Shown piece by piece: positions 30,056-39,700 of a stretch of DNA of 64,000 nucleotides; the first letter of the stretch is position 1; each line of letters starts with the position of its first letter. The notes beneath the pieces are model-generated. The model did not search any database, had not been told where the DNA came from, and saw only the letters and a program-made list of their open reading frames with translations. Source of the DNA: Gemmatimonadota bacterium (GTDB taxonomy: Bacteria > Gemmatimonadota > Gemmatimonadetes > Gemmatimonadales > Gemmatimonadaceae); assembly GCA_040389905.1 (NCBI GenBank), contig JAZJZK010000013.1, positions 19,651 to 83,650 on the forward strand. The letters run 5' to 3'. Made by a program: the position numbers and the translations under genes.

Positions 30056-30754
30056 ATGAACCAGTATCAGCAGCGCCACATCGACGCACTTCGCCGCGTC
30101 GAATACCTCATCCACGACCGCGCAGAGCTACTCGGCACCATTGCGACCTCACGCGCGAGTCTTCGACTCAGCACGGCCATTGTCCGTGTCGAGGAACTCG
30201 GCAGGGTGCAGGGCAGTGCAGACCGCTACCTCGCCGGCCAGCGGAGTCGCGAACTGGCGGCGACCATCGACCTCAAGGTCCAGCACATGCGCCCCATTTC
30301 GACCTTCGCGAAGGCCTGTCTCAACGGCGCGCCGGACTTTGCCGCACTCACCCTTTCCACGCGCGAAGTCGTGGGGCCCCACCTCGTGCGGGCGGCGCGC
30401 ACGATGGCGTCCGCTGCCCTTCCACATGCCGACGCACTCACGGACGGCGGCTTCCCGCCCGACACCATCGCACAACTCCGTGCCGCCGCGGATCAACTCG
30501 AGGCTGCGCTGCTCGCTCGCGCGAATACGAAGGTCGCGCGCGCAGCAGCAACCCACGGCATTCAGCAGATCCTCAACTCCGCCGCCGAAGCGGTGTCGAT
30601 TCTCCATGCGCTGGTCACGAGGCAATTTGCGAAGGACCCAACCTTTTTCGCCGTTTGGAATGCCGCTCGACGCATCCACGCGAAGCCTGGCGCGGTTCGC
30701 GCTGCGTCAGAGGCGGTTGCCCCACCGCACCTGTCGATATCGGAGGCAGCGTAA
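30056..30754 (+). CDS. Hypothetical all-alpha protein
   Basis: 232-aa codon-biased ORF, Ala/Leu/Arg-rich amphipathic helices, no recognised motif. Confidence 0.75.
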   Translation: MNQYQQRHIDALRRVEYLIHDRAELLGTIATSRASLRLSTAIVRVEELGRVQGSADRYLAGQRSRELAATIDLKVQHMRPISTFAKACLNGAPDFAALTLSTREVVGPHLVRAARTMASAALPHADALTDGGFPPDTIAQLRAAADQLEAALLARANTKVARAAATHGIQQILNSAAEAVSILHALVTRQFAKDPTFFAVWNAARRIHAKPGAVRAASEAVAPPHLSISEAA

Positions 30755-30769
30755 ACCAGGAAGCCCACC

Positions 30770-30868
30770 GAACGCGGATTGGGCGAATGGAGCGGATCCA
30801 CTCAGGTTGAACGGCCCAATTCTGGTGTTCATCGGAAGTGATCCGCCTCATCCGCTCAATCCGCGTTC
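30770..30868. repeat. MITE-like element, same family as 2976-3100
   Basis: GAACGCGGATTGGGCGAATGGAGCGGATC ... GATCCGCCTCATCCGCTCAATCCGCGTTC inverted ends. Confidence 0.75.
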
Positions 30869-30942
30869 AGGCAGTTGCAGTTTGAGAACAGCCCCGAGTG
30901 ACCAGTCGAACCTTCGTTCCCGCCGTAGTGTATTATGCGCCC

Positions 30943-32955
30943 ATGTTTCGACGACTCATCGCGCTCGCGTTCATCGCAGCACCCTTAGCGGCTCAGGCGC
31001 CGGTCGACACCGGCGAGCCCTGGCAGTTGGTCCCGCAACCGCAGTCGTCGCTCGTTCTCGCTCGCGATGGATCGTTCATTGGCGAGATCGGTCGCGAGTC
31101 GCGCACATCCATACAAATCCGAACGCTGCCGAGGTACGTCGGCCAGGCGTTCGTCGCCGTGGAAGACCATCGCTTCTATCAGCACGATGGCGTCGATCTC
31201 ATTGGCGTGGCCGGCGCGATCAAGGGCAAGCTGCTCGAAGGCATCACCGGCAAGAATCGCGGTGGCGCGAGCACCATCACGCAGCTGCTCGTCGGCAACA
31301 TGCACCCGGACAAGATCGACCGGCGCGACCTGAGCCCGATGCGCAAGTTCCGCGAGCAGCAGGCGGCGCGCGAGATGGAGAAGCACTACACCAAGGAGCA
31401 GATCCTCGAGGCCTTTCTCAACCAGATCAACTTCGGGCACGGGTGGTACGGTATCGAGTCGGCCGCCCGCCATTATTTCGGCAAGCCCGCCGCAAAGCTC
31501 TCGCTTGCCGAGGCGGCGACGCTCGCCGCGCTACCAAAATCCCCAGTCGGCTACGATCCCTCCCGCAACCCGGATAAGTCGAAGGGCCGCCGCGACCTCA
31601 TCCTCGGCATGATGGCCAGCCAAGGCTTCATCACGGAGGCGGATGCCGCGCGCGCGCGCGCCGAGCCGGTCGTCACGGCGCCGAATGCCGGTGCGTCAGC
31701 GCCGTCAGGCTACTTCGTAGACGCCGCGAAGCAGGTCGCCGAGCGCGGCAATATCAACGTCATGGGCGGCGGGTATCGCATCTATACCACCGCCGATCCG
31801 GCCTTGCAGCGCGCGGCCGTCGATGCGCTCGTCGAAGGCACCGTGAAAGTGGAGCAGCGTCCGGACTTCAAGCATCCCAGCTGGGCGTCGGCAAAGGGGG
31901 GCGGCGATCTGCTCGAGGGCGTCGTCGTTGCCATCGAGCCGTCCACCGGCGACGTCCGCGCGCTCATCGGGGGCCGAAACTACGCGATGGCGCCATTCAA
32001 CCGCGCGACGCGCGCACTCCGGCAGCCGGGTAGCTCATTCAAGCCATTCATCTATGCAAAGGCGCTCGAAGACAGCCTCTCGGCCGCGACAATCGTTCCC
32101 GACACGGCGCTTCGCATCGAACTCGAGAACGGCAAGATCTACAGCCCGGACAATTCGGACAACAAGTTCCTCGGCAACATCACGCTGCGCGAAGCGCTGA
32201 CCCACTCTCGCAATCCTGTCGCCGTGCAGTTGGCGCTGCGTATCGGACTCGATTCCATGGCGGCGATGGGCGAGCGCGTCGGGTTGGATCGCCCCATCGC
32301 CGCAGTTCCCGCCAGTGCGCTCGGGGCATCCGTCGTGACCCCACTCGACTACGTGGCCGCATACGCCGTCTGGGCAAACCTCGGTAGTGTCGTCGATCCG
32401 CGTATCGTGACGCGCATCGAGGATGCAAATGGCCGCGTCGTCTTTCAGCAGGCGCCCTCCATTCCGCGCGAAGTCATCGATCCGCGTATCGCATTCATCG
32501 TCCGCGACATGATGCGCGACGCCGCAGAGCGTGGCACCGGCGCGCCGGCGCGCAAAGCGGTGCCCTCGTCGATTCCCATCGCCGGCAAGACAGGCACGAC
32601 CAACGACAATGTCGACGTCTGGTTCATGGGCATGACGCCCGACCTGGTCGCCGGTGTGTGGCTCGGCTTCGACCGGCCGAAGACCATCACGCCTGGCGCA
32701 GCGGGCGGCTCACTCGCTGCGCCGATCTGGGCTGCGATGATGACGCACTACTACGCGGGCCGCTCCGCGCCGCCGATGTGGACACCACCGCCAGGCCTCG
32801 TGACGGCAGAACTCGATCGCGCAACAGGATTGCTTGCGGATGCGATGACTCCGCAGGAGCGCCGGTACACTGAGTACTTCATGCCAGGAACAGAGCCCGA
32901 GCCGCTGCGGAGCATTCCATGGAAAGCGGCCGCATTCGGCGCAGTCATTCCTTAG
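30943..32955 (+). CDS. Class A penicillin-binding protein (PBP1A family)
   Basis: EDHRFYQHDGVD, GASTITQL, SSFK (SxxK), SRN, KTG. Confidence 0.95.
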   Translation: MFRRLIALAFIAAPLAAQAPVDTGEPWQLVPQPQSSLVLARDGSFIGEIGRESRTSIQIRTLPRYVGQAFVAVEDHRFYQHDGVDLIGVAGAIKGKLLEGITGKNRGGASTITQLLVGNMHPDKIDRRDLSPMRKFREQQAAREMEKHYTKEQILEAFLNQINFGHGWYGIESAARHYFGKPAAKLSLAEAATLAALPKSPVGYDPSRNPDKSKGRRDLILGMMASQGFITEADAARARAEPVVTAPNAGASAPSGYFVDAAKQVAERGNINVMGGGYRIYTTADPALQRAAVDALVEGTVKVEQRPDFKHPSWASAKGGGDLLEGVVVAIEPSTGDVRALIGGRNYAMAPFNRATRALRQPGSSFKPFIYAKALEDSLSAATIVPDTALRIELENGKIYSPDNSDNKFLGNITLREALTHSRNPVAVQLALRIGLDSMAAMGERVGLDRPIAAVPASALGASVVTPLDYVAAYAVWANLGSVVDPRIVTRIEDANGRVVFQQAPSIPREVIDPRIAFIVRDMMRDAAERGTGAPARKAVPSSIPIAGKTGTTNDNVDVWFMGMTPDLVAGVWLGFDRPKTITPGAAGGSLAAPIWAAMMTHYYAGRSAPPMWTPPPGLVTAELDRATGLLADAMTPQERRYTEYFMPGTEPEPLRSIPWKAAAFGAVIP

Positions 32956-32987
32956 TCCCTGGCTCGGGAGCGGGCTGACAAGCTGAT

Positions 32988-33240
32988 AACTGGGGATGGG
33001 GGAGGGGGCTCGTACCCGAGCCAACTGCGGGCTTGGCCGCGGGCCTAGGCTGCGGCAGGGGCTGGGGCTTGCCTGCAGGCGTGGGCCGGGGCTTCGGCGA
33101 GGGCTGGTGGCTGACCTCTGAGGCTTGAGCCCCTGCCCCCAGCCCTCAGCCTGCTGGTAGGCCCCGGCCCGGGCCGTAGCCCCAGCCCGCGGCCAAGCCG
33201 GCGGTTGGCCCGAGCCCAACCCCGCGCCACCATCCCTAGT
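32988..33240. repeat. ~250-bp GC-rich imperfect fold-back
   Basis: GCCAACTGCGGGCTTGGCCGCGGGC versus GCCCGCGGCCAAGCCGGCGGTTGGC; ACTGGGGATGG versus CCATCCCTAGT. Confidence 0.65.
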
Positions 33241-33322
33241 AATCCGCTAGTCGGTCTTTCTGTTATCCCAACCAATTCCAGCATCCGTTTGTCCAAAATC
33301 GCACCACCAGACAGGATGCTGA

Positions 33323-35875
33323 ATGTTCAACACACTCGTCGGCCTCGTTGCCGCCGCCCTCGCGCTGCCCCAACAGGCTCCTTCCACCGACACGCGCACG
33401 GCGCCTCCCATCGCATCGGCGGTTCGTGCGGCGTCCGCTCCTGAAATAGACGGACGCGACAATGACGCGACCTGGCAGAACGCCCCGAAAGTCTCGGAAT
33501 TCCGTCAATTCGATCCGAAGATCGATGCCGACCCCTCGTTTCGGACCGAATTCCGGGCGGCATACGACGAGAAGAATCTCTACTTCTTCGTCCGGATGTT
33601 CGATCCGCATCCAGACAGCATCATGCACGCCCTGTCTCGCCGAGACGTTCGCGGGCCGTCGGACCAGATCAAGCTTCTGATCGACTCGTACGACGACAAA
33701 CGCAGCGGGTATGAATTCGCAGTGAATCCCGACGGCGTGAAGCGCGACTATGTCATGACGAACGACACGAACGAAGACGGATCGTGGAATGGCATCTGGG
33801 ATGTGGCCACGCGCGTCGATTCGCTTGGTTGGACGGCAGAATTCCGAATCCCGCTTTCGCAGCTTCGCTATCAGAAGGGCGCAGCGAACACCTTCGGCTT
33901 TGGCGTGTGGCGCGACATCGAGCGCTCGAAGGAGCGGGCATCCTGGCCGTTGTACTCGCCGACGCGCAATGGATTGGTCTCGCAGCTGGGACGACTCACC
34001 GGCGTTGAAGGGCTGTCGAGCGATCAACGAATGGAAGCCACGCCGTACGTCGTCACGAGAAACGTCCAGCGTGCACCAGTGGGGAACGCGCGGTACACCC
34101 GCGACCAGGAGGTGACGCTCGGCGGAGACCTCAAGCTCGGCATCACGCCGAACGTGACGCTCGACGCCACCGTCAATCCGGACTTCGGGCAAGTCGAAGC
34201 CGATCCAGCGGTCGTCAATCTCACTGCGTTCGAGACGTTCTTCTCCGAGCGACGGCCGTTCTTCGTCGAGGGCACGGGACTGTATCAGTTCGCCCTGAAC
34301 TGCTATATCGTCGTCGACTGCAGCACGAACGAAGGGCTGTTCTACTCACGCCGCATTGGACGCTCACCGGCCCTACGCGGTCTGTATGGCGACGGGACGA
34401 CGGCCACGTCGACACCGATTGCCTTTGCGACGAAGCTCACCGGCCGAAGCCGGAGTGGATTGTCATTCGGTGTCCTCGACGCACTGACGCAGGATGTCCA
34501 CGGACTAGGCGACAAGACGGTCGAGCCGCGTACGAACTACAGCGTGTTGCGCGCACAGCAGGATCTGCGCGGTGGCGAGGCTGGGGTGAGCGTGATCGCC
34601 ACCGCCGTGAATCGTTCGCTCGATGACCTCACGTCTCCGTACATGCACCGGAGCGCGTACGCCACGGGCGCGACCGCCCGCAACCGGTTCGGTGGCGGGC
34701 GCTATGAAGTGGCCGCGCAGTTCGCGGGTTCGTACGTCGAAGGCACGCAGGCGATGATGCTGCGGACGCAGCAGAGCTCCGTCCACTACTTCCAGCAGCC
34801 CGGAGACGATGCGCGCGTCGATTCCACCATGACGTCACTGTCGGGCCACGCCGAGCAACTCAAGTTCGGCAAGTACGGCGGCGGTATCACGCGCTTCGAG
34901 ACGAGCCTCGTGCGACAGTCCTCGGGCTTCGAAGTCAACGATATCGGGTTCCTGCGTCGTGCCGACTTGCTCGATTGGAGCACCTGGGCGGCGCTCAGCT
35001 TTCGCGAAGCGCGCGGCATCTACCGGTGGGCGCAGGTCAACGGCAATCACTGGGAAACCTGGAACACCTCTGGCACCCGTCTCGAGAACGCGTTGAACTT
35101 CAACGGGCACATGGGACTGAACAACAACTGGGACGTACACCTCGGTAGCACGTTCAGTCGGCTGACCCCCAGCTATTGCGACCGGTGCACCCGCGGAGGT
35201 CCGATTCTCCGGCAGTCGCGCGCGATCTATCCATGGGGAGGAGTGAACACGGACAGCCGGCGTGTCGTCTCGGGCGGTATGTGGGTGAACCTGGGCTACA
35301 GCGACGAAGGGAACTCGGACAACTGGTCGCTCAGTCCGTACGTCAACTTCCGCGTCTCGCCGAGAATGCAGTTGAACATCGGCAGCGGCTTTTCGCGCAA
35401 CAACAACGACACACAATGGCTCGGCAATTTCACCGATGCCGCTGGGGTCACCCACTATAGCTTCGCGCATCTGAATCAGCGCACCGTGTCGATGAGCACT
35501 CGCCTCAACTACACGATCACGCCAGATCTCACACTCGAGTTCTACGGCGAGCCCTTCGCAACGACGGGCGAATACTCGAAGGTGCGCGAGATCAGCTCAA
35601 CGCCGAGCGCCGCCGAGTACAACAGCCGCTTCAAGGCGTACGCGCCGCCAGCGTCAACCTCGCTGAGCTTCAAGGTCACGCAACTCCGGAGCAATTCGGT
35701 TGTGCGCTGGGAGTACCGGCCCGGTTCGACGCTGTTCCTCGTTTGGGCGCACGGCCGCGACGGATCGGTGAATCAGAACATGAATTTGTCATGGTCGCAG
35801 GACTATCGCGATCTCTTTGCGCTGCACCCGGATAACACATTCCTCATCAAGCTGGCGTACTGGCTGAATCGATAA
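33323..35875 (+). CDS. DUF5916 outer-membrane protein with N-terminal CBM9-like domain
   Basis: Signal peptide; WTAEFRIP; LDATVNPDFGQVEAD; FETFFSERRPFF; C-terminal FLIKLAYW. Confidence 0.85.
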   Translation: MFNTLVGLVAAALALPQQAPSTDTRTAPPIASAVRAASAPEIDGRDNDATWQNAPKVSEFRQFDPKIDADPSFRTEFRAAYDEKNLYFFVRMFDPHPDSIMHALSRRDVRGPSDQIKLLIDSYDDKRSGYEFAVNPDGVKRDYVMTNDTNEDGSWNGIWDVATRVDSLGWTAEFRIPLSQLRYQKGAANTFGFGVWRDIERSKERASWPLYSPTRNGLVSQLGRLTGVEGLSSDQRMEATPYVVTRNVQRAPVGNARYTRDQEVTLGGDLKLGITPNVTLDATVNPDFGQVEADPAVVNLTAFETFFSERRPFFVEGTGLYQFALNCYIVVDCSTNEGLFYSRRIGRSPALRGLYGDGTTATSTPIAFATKLTGRSRSGLSFGVLDALTQDVHGLGDKTVEPRTNYSVLRAQQDLRGGEAGVSVIATAVNRSLDDLTSPYMHRSAYATGATARNRFGGGRYEVAAQFAGSYVEGTQAMMLRTQQSSVHYFQQPGDDARVDSTMTSLSGHAEQLKFGKYGGGITRFETSLVRQSSGFEVNDIGFLRRADLLDWSTWAALSFREARGIYRWAQVNGNHWETWNTSGTRLENALNFNGHMGLNNNWDVHLGSTFSRLTPSYCDRCTRGGPILRQSRAIYPWGGVNTDSRRVVSGGMWVNLGYSDEGNSDNWSLSPYVNFRVSPRMQLNIGSGFSRNNNDTQWLGNFTDAAGVTHYSFAHLNQRTVSMSTRLNYTITPDLTLEFYGEPFATTGEYSKVREISSTPSAAEYNSRFKAYAPPASTSLSFKVTQLRSNSVVRWEYRPGSTLFLVWAHGRDGSVNQNMNLSWSQDYRDLFALHPDNTFLIKLAYWLNR

Positions 35876-35889
35876 CTACGGCGTACGAG

Positions 35890-36120
35890 ACGTACGAAGT
35901 ACTCGGACTTGCGTACCCGGACTGGCATAAGTCCTAAGAAGAGCCATCAGAAAGCGGCGTCACGGATAACGCCATTCGCAACCCCAGGGAACGGCGTTCG
36001 GCGTCGGGTCGATGCGAGCGAACGTGTCGATGGCTCCTCTTGGCTTGGATGCCAGTCCGGGTACATGGTTCCGGGTACCTCGTACGTCAGTGGTTGTACC
36101 GAGTACCGAGTACGTACGTT
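35890..36120. repeat. ~230-bp fold-back element with GTAC-rich ends
   Basis: Perfect 16-bp inverted repeat 35913-35928/36049-36064; inner pair 35936-48/36029-41. Confidence 0.65.
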
Positions 36121-36163
36121 GGCCCGAGCCCGGCGCGAGCCCGGCCCGAGCCCACATAATGCA

Positions 36164-36205
36164 CAACACCCCGTCCGGAAAACCGGACGGGGTGTTGCAT
36201 TTTTT
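36164..36205. terminator. Intrinsic terminator between convergent genes
   Basis: CAACACCCCGTCCGG-AAAA-CCGGACGGGGTGTTG-CATTTTTT. Confidence 0.8.
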
Positions 36206-36257
36206 CGAGAGGACTAGTTCAGCTCGTCAGTGACGACCAGCCAGTCCGACTCGCCGT

Positions 36258-36470
36258 TTAGCGGCCGAGCTTGACGACGTTCTCAGCGGCCGGGCCCTTT
36301 GCGCCCTGGACCACGTCGAACTCCACAGCCTCACCCTCTGCGAGGGACTTGAAGCCATGACCCTGGATGGCGGAGTGATGCACGAAGCAATCCTTTTCGC
36401 CGTTCGCGGGGGTGATGAAGCCAAAGCCCTTCGTGTCGTTGAACCACTTCACGGTGCCGGTCGTACGCAT
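36258..36470 (-). CDS. cspA: Cold-shock protein
   Basis: [41 protein letters not shown]. Confidence 0.95.
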   Translation of the reverse strand: MRTTGTVKWFNDTKGFGFITPANGEKDCFVHHSAIQGHGFKSLAEGEAVEFDVVQGAKGPAAENVVKLGR

Positions 36471-36613
36471 AGCTGAACTCCTCAATGATGTTTGTGGCCG
36501 GCGTCCGATTTTCTATCGGAACAACCAGTCACATGTTGAACGTGAACGGAACCTTCACGCGGAGGCCCACCCTACAGGTACGGAACTGTACCGCACAAGC
36601 AGCGACACGGGTG

Positions 36614-36644
36614 AAAAAAAAGGGACCCGCGAGAAGCAGGCCCC
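36614..36644 (-). terminator. Intrinsic terminator upstream of csp
   Basis: Minus strand GGGGCCTGC-TTCTC-GCGGGTCCC-TTTTTTTT. Confidence 0.75.
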
Positions 36645-36697
36645 AAATCCGTCGGAACAAGTCCCCGGCCGAAGCACGGGGTGCATCGCTGAAACGA

Positions 36698-36726
36698 ATA
36701 GTAGCACATGCAGGCAATCGGGGCAA
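36698..36726 (-). promoter_or_regulatory. Sigma70-type promoter (extended -10)
   Basis: TTGCCC-17 nt-TACTAT with TG at the extended position, on the minus strand. Confidence 0.55.
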
Positions 36727-36789
36727 TAGTGAATTCAGGCGCATCATCAGGGTCGCCAGAATCTCGCTCAGCACGCGCGGTTGGTCCCG

Positions 36790-39700
36790 CTAATCAGGTG
36801 GAAGCAGCTCCGCGGAATGACGACGATCGTCCCTGCGGAGTCCAGCTGCAATGTGGGATCCCAGCAACTCCACGAAGCCGGGCCTCAACACACTGAGATG
36901 CTGCCCCGGAATCGTGTGCAAATCAACGCGGCCGCTGGTGTGCGACCGCCACGAGAACCGCGGATCGAATGCCCGGCGTTCGCCCACCCTTCCAATCGTA
37001 TCCCTCGCCGCGACGATCATCACTGGTACGCTCAATTCGCGGGGCACGAACTCTCGCATGACCCGCAGATTTTCCGTCTCTGCGCCCGGAGTAAAAAACT
37101 CGACGTGCTCAGGGCGCGAGACGAGGCCCAGACGAACTCCCATCGCCCTGACAAACAGCCCGACCGCAGCACTTCGCCTCGTCACGATCGTGTTCAGCGC
37201 GCGCAGCAGTTGCCCTGCCACTGCCTGCACTCGTGAAAGACGAAACGTCGGGTCATACGCGTTGATGACGCACACCAGCGAAACGCTCTCGCCCGCTTCT
37301 GTCAGTTGATGGGCCGCCTCCCACGCAACGGTGCCACCGGTACAAAGTCCGGCGAGTGCGTATGGCCCACTCGGTTGCACGTGCCGCATCGATCTGACGA
37401 GGGCGGCCGCGCGCTCCTCGCACGACAGCGGATTGAAGCCGTTCGCGTCGAGCAGGTATTCCACGCCGTACACGGCCGCAGTCCCGGCGAGCGCCCGCGC
37501 CAAATCGCGGCATCCGTCCGCGCTCACCGCCAGGCCAGCGGGAATGACGAACAGCGGTGTGCTTTCACGATCCTCGCTGAGCCCGACCAGGTGCGCACCG
37601 CCCTTCGCGAGCGCCGGCGTGCTGCTGGCGCGCTCGACGCGCTCAGACAGCGCTCGGATCGTGGGGTACGAGTACACCTCGTTCATCGGCAGCCGAATGC
37701 CAAACGCCGTCTGGACATCGCGAAGTAGACGCACAGCGAGCAGCGAATATCCGCCCGACTCGAAGAAGTCATCGTCGATGCCGGCATCGGGGCGCGACAG
37801 AAGCACGCGCCAGATCGACGCGAGCCTGCGTTGGGTCTCCGTTTCCGGTGGCGCAGCCTTGTGCACCCTCGTGTCCGCCCGCCGCGCGGTCGCCAGCAAC
37901 GAGCGATCCACCTTGCCATTCGGCGCGAGCGGGAAGTGCTGGAGCTCGATGATCTCGCTCGGGATCATGTAGTCGGGCAGCATCTGGCGAAGCCGTGCGC
38001 GCCACAGAACGCTCGCACGGCGCGACTCACCGCGCCGAAGCACATAGGCCACAATTGCCGTAACGCCGTCCGCCGACTCCACTGGCAGAACGGCAGCACC
38101 AGCCACGTCGTCGAGCGACGCGACGGCAGTCTCGACTTCCCCCAACTCGATCCGAAAGCCCCGGATCTTGACCTGCCGGTCCGCACGGCCGCGGTACTGG
38201 AGCATTCCGTCTGCGCGCCACGAACCGAGATCGCCGGTGCGGTACATGCGTGACGATTCGTCTGCGGCAAAGGGGTCGCGGACGAATTGCCGCGCCGTCA
38301 GTTCGTCCCGGTTGCGGTAGCCGACGCCGACGCCATCGCCCGCGATACAGATTTCACCCGGCACTCCAACCGGAGACATACGACCGTCGTCATCCAGCAC
38401 ATAGATACGAGTGTTGGCAATGGGACGACCGATGGGAACAGAGTCCTCTGTACCGACGACGTCGTGAACTGCAGACCAGATTGTCGTTTCCGTGGGCCCA
38501 TACAGATTGAAGAGACGCCGCACGCGTGGGCGCAACGCGCGCATCAGATGCCTGCTCATCGTTTCGCCACCGCACAGGGCCGTCAGTGCCGTCGATCCCT
38601 CCCAACCGGCATCGAGGAGCATCTGCCATGTGACCGGAGTCGCCTGGAAATACGTCGCACCGCTGTCATCGAGCAGCGCGCGCAAACGCACACCATCCGC
38701 TGCGTCCTCCTCGCCGGCAAGCACCACGCGGCCGCCGGCAACCAGCGGAAGAAAAAGCTCGAGAGCCGAGATGTCGAAGGAGAATGTCGTGACAGCGACG
38801 AGCGAATCACTCGTCGTGAAGTCCAGTTCTCTGCGCATCGCGGCAAGGAAGCTCGCGAGATTTCGGCGGGTGATCTCCACACCTTTCGGCTCACCCGTGG
38901 AGCCCGACGTGTAGAGCACGTAAGCGATGCCAGATCCACCGCCTGCGGTCTCGAATCGCGTCTGACCAGGCTGTGCCAGCGATTCGATGGCCGGAACCTC
39001 GGTCAACAGACACGTGCGAATGTCATGCGCTACGCCGGTGTCGCCCCCATCGGTAACGAGCAGCGAGACGCCTGCATCGCGCGTCATGTACGAAATCCGC
39101 GCCGCTGGGAATGCCCGATCGAGCGGAACATAGCTCGCTCCCAACCGTGTGACCGCCAGCATCGACGCGATGAGGTCCACCGATCGTCCCAGTTGCAGCC
39201 CAATCATACTTCCCTTTACGACGCCCCTGCTTGCGAGCATCTCCGCGATACCTTCGGCGCGGTCGTGGAGTTCTCGATAGGTCATGTCCACCCGGCCGCA
39301 CGTCACGGCGATGGCGTCTGGCCGCTCCGCGACGCGCCGGCGGAAGTGCTCGTCTACGGAGACGTCGCGCTCATATTCCAGAACCCCCCCACTCGACATG
39401 CGGAGTTGGTCTTCGTGCTCGGCACTCGACATGCGCGGAAGGGAACCAACGCTTCGAGTCGGGTCGTCGAGCATGGCCTCAGTTACCGTGACGATCTGAT
39501 CGAGGACGTGCTGCGCACCGCGTTCGGAGATCGCCGAGCAATCGTACTCGACCTTGAAGAACAGCGGGTCGTCGTCATACCCGATTATTGTCAGCGGATA
39601 GCCATTCCGCTCGAGCGCGAGGAAACGCCAGTCCGCGAGCAGCTCGTGCGCGCCTCGCAGCGACGCCTCGTAGCTCTGGCGGTCCGCCTGGACGAGGCTG

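Noticed and set aside
29577..30059. 160-aa ORF (and the 161-aa overlapping ORF) across the C/A-rich array
   Set aside because: Low-complexity product, and the repeat phase slips relative to the frame; probably open only because stops are rare in this composition.
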